Part shown: piece after piece, positions 18,641 to 27,254 of the stretch | Layout of the letters: each line of letters begins with the position of its first letter | Position numbering within the stretch: position 1 is the stretch's first letter | DNA from: Cyanobacteria bacterium P01_D01_bin.156 | Lineage (GTDB): Bacteria; Cyanobacteriota; Cyanobacteriia; Phormidesmidales; Phormidesmidaceae | NCBI GenBank assembly: GCA_039024555.1 | Contig: JBCCQQ010000070.1 | Coordinates: 1 to 31,240, forward strand | Reading direction: 5' to 3' | Length of the DNA stretch: 31,240 nucleotides | Notes under the pieces: generated by a model | The model's input: only the letters and a program-made list of their open reading frames with translations | What the model was told of the DNA's origin: nothing | Databases searched by the model: none | Translations under genes and position numbers: made by a program

Positions 18641-19975
18641 ATGTTTCAAGCCACCCGCCTTCGTTTAGCCCTTTGGTACACCAGTATCACAGCGATTTTG
18701 CTCCTGATTTTTGCCAGCGGCGTCTATTTCTACGTACGCAATACCCTGGTGGAGCGGGTGGATGACACCCTTAACCATGTGGTGGAAGTCGTGCAGCGTT
18801 CCCTCGTCATTGAAACCGCCGATCCATCCACCGGACGAGTGCTCACAGCCACTGGAGTTAAAGGCCAAGCCGCCCTGCGAGTAAATGTGGACAACAGTTT
18901 TCGAGACAATGCCCCAAATTTAGAAGATGACCACATCGATATCGAATGGTTCTCCCCCAGTGGCGAACTCCAGTGGAGTACCCTATCGATCCCCACGGGC
19001 TTACCATTGCAGGTAAATTCAGCCGGGGCAACCGTTCATATCCGCCACGGTGCGGCGGATAATCCTGACGACAGCGATCAGGTGCTGCGCCAGATTAGCC
19101 GTCGGGTGCAGATTAATAATCAAATCCTCGGTTATTTACGGGTAAGCCATCCCTGGTTTGAAGTCAGCAAACCCAGCCGTCAGCTGGTTAGAGATCTGAG
19201 TCTTTGGTCCGGTTTCGGGATTGTCGCGACGGGCACCATTGGTTGGCTGCTCTCGGGGCTGGCGATGGCTCCGGTGCGGAAGTCCTACCAGCAGCTGAAG
19301 CAGTTTACCGCCGATGCATCCCACGAACTGCGTAACCCCATTGCCGTGATTCAAACTAATGTCCAGGTGGCCTTGACCGATCCGGATGTGGAGTTTCAAC
19401 ACAGCCAGCTACAGGTAGTCGAACGTCTGACACGACGCCTGGGACGACTGGTGGATAATTTGTTGTTTTTAGCCCGCCAGGATGGGGGATTGATTCCAAT
19501 GCAGTGGGAGGAGTTAACTCTCCATACCCTGTTATCAGAAGTGATTGAGGAACAAACCCTGATCGCCCAAAACCAAGGGTTGAATCTGGTATACCAACCC
19601 CTGGATTCAATGTCAGCCCCCCTAGCAGGCGATCGCGACCAGCTGATCCGCTTGTTTACCAATCTAATTAGTAACGCTATTCAATACACATCGGAGGGCA
19701 ACGTTACCGTCACCGTAAAAGCAGCCCAAGACGCCTATGAAATCTCGGTGGACGACACGGGCATCGGCATTGCTAAGGAATTACAGTCCCAGGTATTTGA
19801 CCGGTTTTATCGAGTCGATAAAGCTCGCAGCCGCCGAGAGGGGACTGGTTCTGGGTTGGGATTAGCGATCGCAAAAGCCATTATTACCAACCACCAGGGA
19901 CACATTCACCTAGAAAGTACTCCTGGCAAGGGGACCACCGTGACCGCTACGCTACCGCTCAAGAAAGGGGAATAG
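18641..19975 (+). CDS. Two-TM sensor histidine kinase, ManS-like by recollection of its N-terminus
   Basis: MFQATRLRLALWY start (ATG 18641), H-box ADASHELRNP, N-box NLISNAIQY, DTGIGI, FDRFYR, GSGLGL. Confidence 0.9.
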   Translation: MFQATRLRLALWYTSITAILLLIFASGVYFYVRNTLVERVDDTLNHVVEVVQRSLVIETADPSTGRVLTATGVKGQAALRVNVDNSFRDNAPNLEDDHIDIEWFSPSGELQWSTLSIPTGLPLQVNSAGATVHIRHGAADNPDDSDQVLRQISRRVQINNQILGYLRVSHPWFEVSKPSRQLVRDLSLWSGFGIVATGTIGWLLSGLAMAPVRKSYQQLKQFTADASHELRNPIAVIQTNVQVALTDPDVEFQHSQLQVVERLTRRLGRLVDNLLFLARQDGGLIPMQWEELTLHTLLSEVIEEQTLIAQNQGLNLVYQPLDSMSAPLAGDRDQLIRLFTNLISNAIQYTSEGNVTVTVKAAQDAYEISVDDTGIGIAKELQSQVFDRFYRVDKARSRREGTGSGLGLAIAKAIITNHQGHIHLESTPGKGTTVTATLPLKKGE

Positions 19976-20119
19976 GGGACCTGTAGATTTTGGTACTAAA
20001 GATGAAAAAATTCGCCCCTGAGGAGCTGCTAAGAAACGACTTCACGGTTTAAGCCTGAAAAGCTTGTTAAGCCGTGATTTAAATGCACAAGGCCATGATT
20101 TTAAATTGTTAACAAGCCC

Positions 20120-20911
20120 TTAGCGTGTCAGACTTGCCAATTCTCCCTCACCGGGTTTAAAGGTTTGTTCCACCACCGTTCCAGGTTTTCCCATGGGCTT
20201 GGTCGTACCTTGGTTGTAGCTCAGTATGACCCCACCAGCGTTACCAGCCCGGATTGTTAGAAATTCTTCAGCGGTCCAGGACCGCTCAGTGCCCTCTTGC
20301 AAAATCCCCTCGTAAGCCTCTTCACCATCCGTAGTTACCCGCACCCAAGACTGTTGCACAACCTTGGCGTCTATCACAATCGGGGCTTCAGGCGCTAATT
20401 GCGGCTCTTCCGTAGGAGCTGGAGGAGCCGCTTCTGTAGAGGGTTGAGGCTGGAGGGTGAGCTGCTCGACAGCAGCTGGGTCTAAAACTGGTTCAGCTGA
20501 ATCCTGGGGGATGGCTCGCTGCATCAAGTAGGATAAGCTACTGACCGAAACCGCAATCAGAACTACGTAAGCGGCATACAGATGATAAGGCCGCAGCTGT
20601 ACTGCCTCCCGTGACCAGCTGCGGCCACCGCCTTTGGGGGCAGGCACAGTCACATAGTGCTGAGCCAAGGCTTTTCCATCTAACCCTACCTGATCGCCAT
20701 AGCGCCGAATAATACCTTGTACATAGACAGGTTCAGGCAGCTCGCTCGTGTCGGCCTCCTCCAATGCTAAAAGCAGCCTGGGACGCACTAACACTTTGGC
20801 CGCCAACTCATCTAAGCTCAAACCACTGGCTTCACGAGCATCTCGCAGCACTTTACCAAGAGCAATTGCTTGCTCCTGCTGCTGATTGCTGATGTAGCCT
20901 TGGCGTTTCAT
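20120..20911 (-). CDS. rodZ: RodZ-like HTH / DUF4115 membrane protein
   Basis: HTH with LPEPVYVQGIIRRY, single TM, C-terminal SWVRV..DG...YEG and IRAGNAGGV. Confidence 0.85.
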   Translation of the reverse strand: MKRQGYISNQQQEQAIALGKVLRDAREASGLSLDELAAKVLVRPRLLLALEEADTSELPEPVYVQGIIRRYGDQVGLDGKALAQHYVTVPAPKGGGRSWSREAVQLRPYHLYAAYVVLIAVSVSSLSYLMQRAIPQDSAEPVLDPAAVEQLTLQPQPSTEAAPPAPTEEPQLAPEAPIVIDAKVVQQSWVRVTTDGEEAYEGILQEGTERSWTAEEFLTIRAGNAGGVILSYNQGTTKPMGKPGTVVEQTFKPGEGELASLTR

Positions 20912-20985
20912 AGCGTCAAAATGTTTCTTAATAATTTAAGCACATGGCCAACGTGATTCCAGCATACGCACTAATCAACGCAAGG

Positions 20986-21738
20986 TCAGAGAAGATCCAG
21001 GAGTTTTTTAATTTCCTGGGGCGTCAATGGTCGGCAGCTACCCATAGAGAGGTCGTCTAAACGGATGCTGCCAATGGCGATACGGTGCAACCTGAGTACA
21101 GGATGGCCTAGTTTTTCAGCTACCCGACGAATCTGACGATTACGCCCCTCCTTCAGGACAATTTCTAACAGGGCCGGGGGCTTAGCATTCAGGACCTTCA
21201 CACCTGCAGGAGCCGTTTGTCGTCCATCTAAGCTAATGCCCCGACGCCATTTTTCCAAGGTTGGGGCCGTGGGTTTACCCTGCACCTTGACTTGATAGGT
21301 CTTGGCAATGTGGTGGCGCGGATGGGTCAATGTTTGGGTTAACTGACCGTGATTAGTGAGTAGCAAGGCCCCGGTAGAATCAGTATCCAGACGGCCAACC
21401 GGGTGCAGGCGCACCGTTTCCAACTCCTTTGGTAGTAAGTCGATAACGGTTTGCCGCCCCTGGGGGTCGTCACAGGTTGAAACCACTCCCCGAGGCTTGT
21501 TCAGGAGAATATAATATTTGTCTGGTCGGTTATCTATGTTCAAAGGACGACCATTAATCTGAATGTTGTCCACGTTTGGATTTGCCCGCTGGCCAATATG
21601 AGCTTTAACTCCATTGACGGTGACATGTCCGTTGGCAATTAGCTGCTCTGCCTGTCGTCGGGATGCAACTCCCCACTGCGATAGTAATTTTTGCAGCTTT
21701 TCATCGGAAGGTGATTGGGATAAGGGTTGATCAGACAA
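20986..21738 (-). CDS. rRNA pseudouridine synthase, RsuA/RluB family
   Basis: S4 domain LQK.L...GVASRR.AE, LNKPRGV, HPVGRLD.DSTG, EGRNRQIRR; exact start uncertain. Confidence 0.93.
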   Translation of the reverse strand: MSDQPLSQSPSDEKLQKLLSQWGVASRRQAEQLIANGHVTVNGVKAHIGQRANPNVDNIQINGRPLNIDNRPDKYYILLNKPRGVVSTCDDPQGRQTVIDLLPKELETVRLHPVGRLDTDSTGALLLTNHGQLTQTLTHPRHHIAKTYQVKVQGKPTAPTLEKWRRGISLDGRQTAPAGVKVLNAKPPALLEIVLKEGRNRQIRRVAEKLGHPVLRLHRIAIGSIRLDDLSMGSCRPLTPQEIKKLLDLL

Positions 21739-21860
21739 ATGTTTAGCAAAGCCCAGCGTTTAAGGCATTCATAATAAACGGTATGTGGGTGCCTACGCCA
21801 TGCCCCCCATGCAGTGTTTTAATCAAACCCTGGACTAGAAGCTGCATAGGTTATCGGTGC

Positions 21861-23180
21861 CTATTCCGTTGCGACGTAGTCAACATCGGGTTTGGCCCCC
21901 TTTTGAGGTAGCCAAACTTTGAGCCAAGCACCGCCAGTGTTGGGATGATTTTGGGCTTGTACCTGTCCACCGTGGAATTCGACAATTTTTTGGACAATGG
22001 AAAGCCCTAACCCCGTGCCATTGTCCTGGGCATTACTCCCAGAGCGAGTACGGGAGGCATCCGATCGATAAAATCGATCAAACACAAACGGTAAGTCTTT
22101 TTCTAAAAAGCCTGAACCACAGTCAAACACCTCTAGTTGGAGTCCGGTAGCAGCGCCCTGGGACAAGGGTTGAATATGGGCGTAGACGGCTTGATTAGGC
22201 GGACTATATTTGAGGGCATTGTCCAGTAGATTAAGGATCATGCGATAGGCTAAACCGCTGTTTAGAGATGCGATCGCAGAGTCTGGTCCCTGATACTCCA
22301 ACCCTTTATTACGCAGCCTAGCCTGGGGTTCTAAGCTTTGCCATGCTTGGTACACCAGTTTAACTAAATCGGTATCTTCTAAACGGTTGGGGGGATGTTG
22401 CTCCAGATGATTAAGACTGAGCATATCGTCCACCAATGCACTGAGGCGATTGACCTCCCGCAATAGCCGGTCCGCCCACGTGACTAAATTTGGATCAATG
22501 CGGTTGCGTAAGGTTTCCCCCACGAGCCGAATGGACGTGAGGGGAGTTTTTAGCTCATGGGCGACATCGGACGTCCAGCGATCCCGCTGTTGAGCCAGCA
22601 TCACCGCTTCCTGACGATTTTCTAAAAAGATCCCTACATTTCCCTGACGCAGAGGAATACCATAGCCAGTTAGAGGAAAAGCCGGTCGCTCTAAAACGTT
22701 AGCCGGATCGGGAGAAATAGACCGGAATGTCCAGTCTTTTTTACACTCAGCTTGGGTAGTCCGGGTTTGTTCCACCAGCTGATCCAGTTCGTAGGAACGA
22801 GCAATGGCTAGCAGTAGCTTAGGGCTTTCATAACCCAGCTGCTCAATACCCAGGAGTTCCCTAGCTTTAGGATTACACCACAGCAGACGATTCTCTGAGT
22901 CGACTTTGAGGTATCCCAAAGGTGAGCGCTGTAGGATGATATTAACTTCGTCTACCTCAGCCTGTAAGTCTTCTAAACTGGTGGTTTGGTTTGCGATCGC
23001 GCTAGCAATCTGTGCTTCATAGGAGTAAAACTGCGCCTCCGGCTGAATACTAAATCGTTTCATCAATGCTCGACGCCTTGCACCGGAGCGAAGACGGTTA
23101 ACCAACAGACACAGAAGTCCTATGGATAAACCTGCCAGAAAAGAGAGCACAGAGCATAAGATTAACCACCCCAGAATCAT
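21861..23180 (-). CDS. PAS-containing histidine kinase, SphS/PhoR-like
   Basis: N-terminal TM, PAS-like region (WCNPKA..LL, RSYELD), SDVAHELKTPLTSIRL, NLLDNALKY, FDRFYR.D.SR, GTGLGL. Confidence 0.88.
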   Translation of the reverse strand: MILGWLILCSVLSFLAGLSIGLLCLLVNRLRSGARRRALMKRFSIQPEAQFYSYEAQIASAIANQTTSLEDLQAEVDEVNIILQRSPLGYLKVDSENRLLWCNPKARELLGIEQLGYESPKLLLAIARSYELDQLVEQTRTTQAECKKDWTFRSISPDPANVLERPAFPLTGYGIPLRQGNVGIFLENRQEAVMLAQQRDRWTSDVAHELKTPLTSIRLVGETLRNRIDPNLVTWADRLLREVNRLSALVDDMLSLNHLEQHPPNRLEDTDLVKLVYQAWQSLEPQARLRNKGLEYQGPDSAIASLNSGLAYRMILNLLDNALKYSPPNQAVYAHIQPLSQGAATGLQLEVFDCGSGFLEKDLPFVFDRFYRSDASRTRSGSNAQDNGTGLGLSIVQKIVEFHGGQVQAQNHPNTGGAWLKVWLPQKGAKPDVDYVATE

Positions 23181-23279
23181 ACCCTAGGAGCACATGACCA
23201 CTGGCAGGATTTCAGCAATCAAAAGCATCTGAGGATTTTAGGAATATCAAATAACCAAATAGATATTTTGCATCGCACT

Positions 23280-23308
23280 AAAAAAAAGTCCCTTCAATTA
23301 GAAGGGAC
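23280..23308 (-). terminator. Rho-independent terminator of the DUF4278 gene
   Basis: Minus strand GTCCCTTC-TAATT-GAAGGGAC followed by T8. Confidence 0.85.
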
Positions 23309-23388
23309 CGTATGAAAGTCATTGAATTAAACAGTGGGCATTAATTACCCAACAATCTAGTATCCAGAGAACACAAGATGGTGAACCC

Positions 23389-23559
23389 TTAGCGGACCTG
23401 AGCACCGCGATATCTCAAACCGCTCACAGTGCCATGAGCATTGCCAACAACTTTTTTGACACGGTAAGAAGCTCCGCGATAGCAAGCAACATCACCATTT
23501 TCAACGGTAACATTACGCTCGGGAACAGTATATTTAACTCCACGGTAAGACAGTTGCAT
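23389..23559 (-). CDS. DUF4278 family small protein (56 aa)
   Basis: Hand translation MQLSYRGVKYTVPERNVTVENGDVACYRGASYRVKKVVGNAHGTVSGLRYRGAQVR with three YRG motifs; SD AAGGAGG 8 nt upstream; shorter than anything in the ORF track. Confidence 0.9.
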   Translation of the reverse strand: MQLSYRGVKYTVPERNVTVENGDVACYRGASYRVKKVVGNAHGTVSGLRYRGAQVR

Positions 23560-23607
23560 GGATTTCGCCTCCTTAAAATCAATAGCGTAGAGAAGAGTTA
23601 AGATGAG

Positions 23608-23710
23608 GCGCGTTCCTTCGAAAGAGTAGCTTTGCTTCCCCTTCTACTTCCGTCCCTAATTGAATCAAGTGCACCCAAACAGATGAAATTGTGTAATTAG
23701 GAATGAACGT
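23608..23710 (-). promoter_or_regulatory. Glutamine riboswitch (glnA RNA motif, type I)
   Basis: Minus strand ACGTTCA-[P2 TTCCTAATT..AATTAGGGA]-CGGAAGTA-[P3 GAAGGGGAAGC..GCTACTCTTTC]-GAAGGAACGCG; P1 CGTTC/GAACG; typical position upstream of a DUF4278 gene. Confidence 0.88.
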
Positions 23711-23719
23711 TTCGTTTCT

Positions 23720-23733
23720 GTATTCAAATATAC
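23720..23733. promoter_or_regulatory. NtcA binding site (repressor position)
   Basis: TGTA-TTCAAATA-TACA matches GTA-N8-TAC and overlaps the -10 box and predicted TSS. Confidence 0.75.
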
Positions 23734-23755
23734 AGAAACGAAAATTATTTGTCAA
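23727..23755 (-). promoter_or_regulatory. Sigma70-type promoter for the riboswitch/DUF4278 transcript
   Basis: Minus strand TTGACA (23755-23750)-N17-TATATT (23732-23727); predicted TSS about 23720, just upstream of the aptamer. Confidence 0.8.
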
Positions 23756-23940
23756 CATCTTTCTTTTTGCGTTGGGGTCTAGTGCCACAGCCCTATGTTG
23801 ATGATATTGCTCAGGGTATGCTGACCAAAAAGATTTCCCTGTCCTGGAGAGGCTCAGCTAGCCCCCAAGTAATGTACTCTGCACTTGGCCGCCTATGCGA
23901 GGAGAGCCTAGGCTCTCCTGTACTTGTCACTTGAAAACAT

Positions 23941-24744
23941 ATGCATCAAACGATTCCTCCCCAACGGTTTTATCCCTATCTCACCTGGCAGGATATTGAT
24001 GGCATGGCGAATAAGGAACAAGTGGTGATTGTTCAACCCGTCGGGGCCATTGAACAGCACGGTCCCCACCTTCCTTTAGTGGTAGATACGGCATTGGGTA
24101 TGGCGGTGATGGGACAGGCTTTAGAGCAGCTAGATCCATCAATTCCCGCGTATTGTTTACCGCCGCTGTGCTACGGCAAGTCTAATGAACATTGGGGGTT
24201 TGCTGGGACAATTACGTTGTCAACTGACACGTTGATATCAGTATTAATGGATGTTGCCAACAGTATTTATCGAGCTGGCTTTCGTAAACTGGTGTTGCTG
24301 AACTCCCATGGCGGGCAGCCCCAGGTATTGGAAATTGTGGCCCGAGATATGCACCAGCAGTGGCCTGATTTTTGGATATTTCCCCATTTTGTCTGGCATG
24401 TGCCCCATCAGGTAGGCGAACTTTTAAGTCCTCAAGAACGGCTGCAGGGTATCCATGCTGGAGATGCAGAAACCAGTGCAATGTTGGCTATTTTGCCGGA
24501 TCAGGTACATATGGACCGGGCAGTCAAGGAGTATCCTCCCGAATATGATGGGCTATTGAGCTTAGAAGGTGCGCTTCCCTTTGGTTGGATGACTCAGGAT
24601 ATTTCTAAAAGTGGTGTAGTCGGTGATGCTACGGTCGCAACTGCGGAAAAAGGGAAAGAAATTCTGACCCAGGTTGCGGCTGGTTGGGTAACGGTTTTGG
24701 AAGAAATTTATCGGTTCGATCCTCCACAGCGCTGGCAGGATTAA
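23941..24744 (+). CDS. Creatininase / creatinine amidohydrolase family protein
   Basis: PVGAIEQHGPHLP..VD, GKSNEH..F.GT, NSHGGQ, HAG..ETS, SGVVGD. Confidence 0.93.
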   Translation: MHQTIPPQRFYPYLTWQDIDGMANKEQVVIVQPVGAIEQHGPHLPLVVDTALGMAVMGQALEQLDPSIPAYCLPPLCYGKSNEHWGFAGTITLSTDTLISVLMDVANSIYRAGFRKLVLLNSHGGQPQVLEIVARDMHQQWPDFWIFPHFVWHVPHQVGELLSPQERLQGIHAGDAETSAMLAILPDQVHMDRAVKEYPPEYDGLLSLEGALPFGWMTQDISKSGVVGDATVATAEKGKEILTQVAAGWVTVLEEIYRFDPPQRWQD

Positions 24745-24812
24745 TTGGCAGGCAGAATAGGTGGATGCTTACGGTGCTTATGTTTATTGGGCATTCAGCC
24801 TAAGGAGTTTTT

Positions 24813-25565
24813 ATGCTGACCGTTAAACAGTCTGTCCCTCAGCCTACAGATGATGGGTCTCCAGTGTTAACAACTGCGACAACCCTAGCGGTTGATATTG
24901 GCGGTAGCGGTATCAAGGTGATTTTGCTGGACTCAGCCGGTAATCCTTTGGGGGAACGAAAACGGGTAAAAACACCTGCCTCGGCTACCCCCGAAGCAGT
25001 CACAAAGGCAATTTCAAAATTGGCAGAAACGCAACCCGCCTTTGATAGAGTTTCTGTTGGTTTTCCGGGAGTCGTACGCCACGGAGTAACCTACACCGCT
25101 GTCAATCTGGGTAAAGAATGGGTTGGGTACCCCTTAGGTAAGAACCTAGAGCAACAGCTTAATTGTCCTGTTAAGGTTGCGAACGATGCTGATATTCAAG
25201 GGTTTGGGGCCATAAACGGCACTGGAGTAGAGCTGGTGATTACCCTGGGGACTGGATTTGGGTCTGCTCTTTTTGTCAACGGGCATTTACTCCCTAATCT
25301 CGAGATGGCGCACCATCGCTTTCGTAAAAATGAAACTTACGAGGAGCAATTAGGTCGCGCTGCCCTAGAAAAAATTGGCAAGGATAAATGGAATCGACGG
25401 TTGCAAAAGGCGATGCATGGATTAGAGCATCTGTTCAACTACGATCGACTCTACATCGGTGGTGGTGAGGCCAAAAATATAGGGTTTAAGCTACCGGACA
25501 ACGTTGAAATTGTGTCCAACATGCTAGGGCTACTGGGGGGAATTGCCCTATGGCGAGACGAGTAG
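24813..25565 (+). CDS. ppgK: ROK family polyphosphate glucokinase
   Basis: VDIGGSGIK, VGFPGVV, NDAD, TLGTGFGSALF, PNLE.AH, IGGG. Confidence 0.82.
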   Translation: MLTVKQSVPQPTDDGSPVLTTATTLAVDIGGSGIKVILLDSAGNPLGERKRVKTPASATPEAVTKAISKLAETQPAFDRVSVGFPGVVRHGVTYTAVNLGKEWVGYPLGKNLEQQLNCPVKVANDADIQGFGAINGTGVELVITLGTGFGSALFVNGHLLPNLEMAHHRFRKNETYEEQLGRAALEKIGKDKWNRRLQKAMHGLEHLFNYDRLYIGGGEAKNIGFKLPDNVEIVSNMLGLLGGIALWRDE

Positions 25566-25681
25566 CCATGGGACCTATCAAATCAATTTAGTAAAAAGGT
25601 CAGTTTAGTTGCTGTTTGATGGAAATGTGGCGGGCAATATATTGGCAGCTTAACCGTTGTTAATACATTCCTACAATCAGC

Positions 25682-27202
25682 ATGAGTGGCCAACCAAAGG
25701 ACCTATCAAACGAGCTGCGTCCAGTTTTTGGGCTACCGACCGTTGCTCTATTTCTGGCGGTTTGTCTAATTTACTTGGCGTTTCTAAAGCCAGGGATTTG
25801 GGGTGTCGACGGCACAGACATGTTAAATATGTCGCGATCGCTGATTGAACAAGGAAATTTTTCTATTCCGGCAGGTACAGGGGGAGTGCAGGGACCCGAC
25901 GGACAGTTTTATTCAATTCGTTATCCGCTATTGCCCATTGTGGCTATTCCCTTTGTCTGGGTGGGGCTAACCTTGGGCCAGGCGCTTAATCTACCGCTGC
26001 AGTATACAACCGGTACCTGTGGCCTAGTGCTCAATATTTTGCTAACAGCCGCAACGGCTGTTTTGGTTTATGGGCTAACTCTGCGATTAGGGGGGCAACG
26101 ACGGGGAGCATTTATTGCGGCTGTTGGCTATGGTTTTGGGACAGCGGCCCTGGTATATGCCCGAGAGTTTTTTGCTGAACCCCTACTTGGCTTTATCATC
26201 ACCCTGGCCCTGTATTTGGCTTTTGGTCAATCTCGCCGGGGGCATTGGATGACAGGGGTGCTTTCTGCCCTGGCTATTGCTGCTAAACCGGCTGGTATTT
26301 TGCTAGGACCTGTTATTGCCCTATATTTTTTGCTGCGGCGCTACCGTTGGGACCGCATTCTGGCTCCTTGTATCGGCACAGCCATAGGGGTGGGGCTGTA
26401 CCTAGCTTATAACTATGTTCGGTTTGGTAGCCTAACATCGTCTGGGCAAGATACGTCGCAGCTAGGGTTTGATGGTTTTTGGTTAAGGGCCCTGGGGCAG
26501 TGGATTAGTCCAGGTAGCGGTGGCGGTATGTTTTGGTACTGTCCCCCCACTATTCTTGCCTTAGTGGGACTGTGGGTACTTTGGCAACAGCGCAAATTAG
26601 AATGTGTGGCTCTATTGGGGATTGTGGTCGCCTTTTGGTTGCTGCACAGCGGTTGGGCGTTTAATGGTTGGAATTGGGGACCTCGTTTTCTGGTGCCCAT
26701 CATCCCGGCCCTGATGGTGACCGTAGGTATCCTTGGCAATCGTTGGCACATGCCAGCGCTCGGATTGATTGTGCTGGGTTTTTTGGTGAATGCTCCCACG
26801 TTGCTGGTGTATTACCAACGCTATTTTGCAGAGCTAGCGGATGAGAGTACAGTGCTTCTCATGCAAACGGTTTCTCTTTGGAATGTAGAGCCCTCCCAAG
26901 CTCCGATTTTTAATTTGTGGGCAGCTGCAGGACGGCAGCTGGCAGATGCGTTTAGTACCCCAGTTCAGGATATTTTGAATAATGTGGGGGCCGCTCCGCC
27001 ACCGGGAGAATTAGCGACGTCTGAACTGTTGCGGATTGTGGCAGTCTGGTGGTGGTTTTTACCGGTGGCCGGTATCCCTACTTGGATTGGCATTGCGATC
27101 GCAGCAGCCATGATCGGCGTTGCACTTTGGCTCTTGCGGCTCAGCTGGATTACCGGGTTAAAGCCCCCAGTTCAGATAAAATCAAGCCAAATCCAATTTT
27201 GA
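25682..27202 (+). CDS. Polytopic membrane glycosyltransferase (GT-C / phospholipid carrier-dependent type)
   Basis: First-loop Asp (GVDG), many TM helices, YAREFFAEP, YNYVRFG, WGPRFLVP. Confidence 0.72.
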   Translation: MSGQPKDLSNELRPVFGLPTVALFLAVCLIYLAFLKPGIWGVDGTDMLNMSRSLIEQGNFSIPAGTGGVQGPDGQFYSIRYPLLPIVAIPFVWVGLTLGQALNLPLQYTTGTCGLVLNILLTAATAVLVYGLTLRLGGQRRGAFIAAVGYGFGTAALVYAREFFAEPLLGFIITLALYLAFGQSRRGHWMTGVLSALAIAAKPAGILLGPVIALYFLLRRYRWDRILAPCIGTAIGVGLYLAYNYVRFGSLTSSGQDTSQLGFDGFWLRALGQWISPGSGGGMFWYCPPTILALVGLWVLWQQRKLECVALLGIVVAFWLLHSGWAFNGWNWGPRFLVPIIPALMVTVGILGNRWHMPALGLIVLGFLVNAPTLLVYYQRYFAELADESTVLLMQTVSLWNVEPSQAPIFNLWAAAGRQLADAFSTPVQDILNNVGAAPPPGELATSELLRIVAVWWWFLPVAGIPTWIGIAIAAAMIGVALWLLRLSWITGLKPPVQIKSSQIQF

Positions 27203-27254
27203 TTTTATAACGACTAAACTTTCTGGCTCACAGCCCACCTACGTCTGGCCATTT

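Noticed and set aside
23579..23934. ORFs 23579-23788 (-) and 23749-23934 (+)
   Set aside because: They overlap the riboswitch, promoter and NtcA site, which explain the sequence better.
23800..23940. FMN or other riboswitch upstream of the creatininase-family gene
   Set aside because: No conserved aptamer core motifs recognised.
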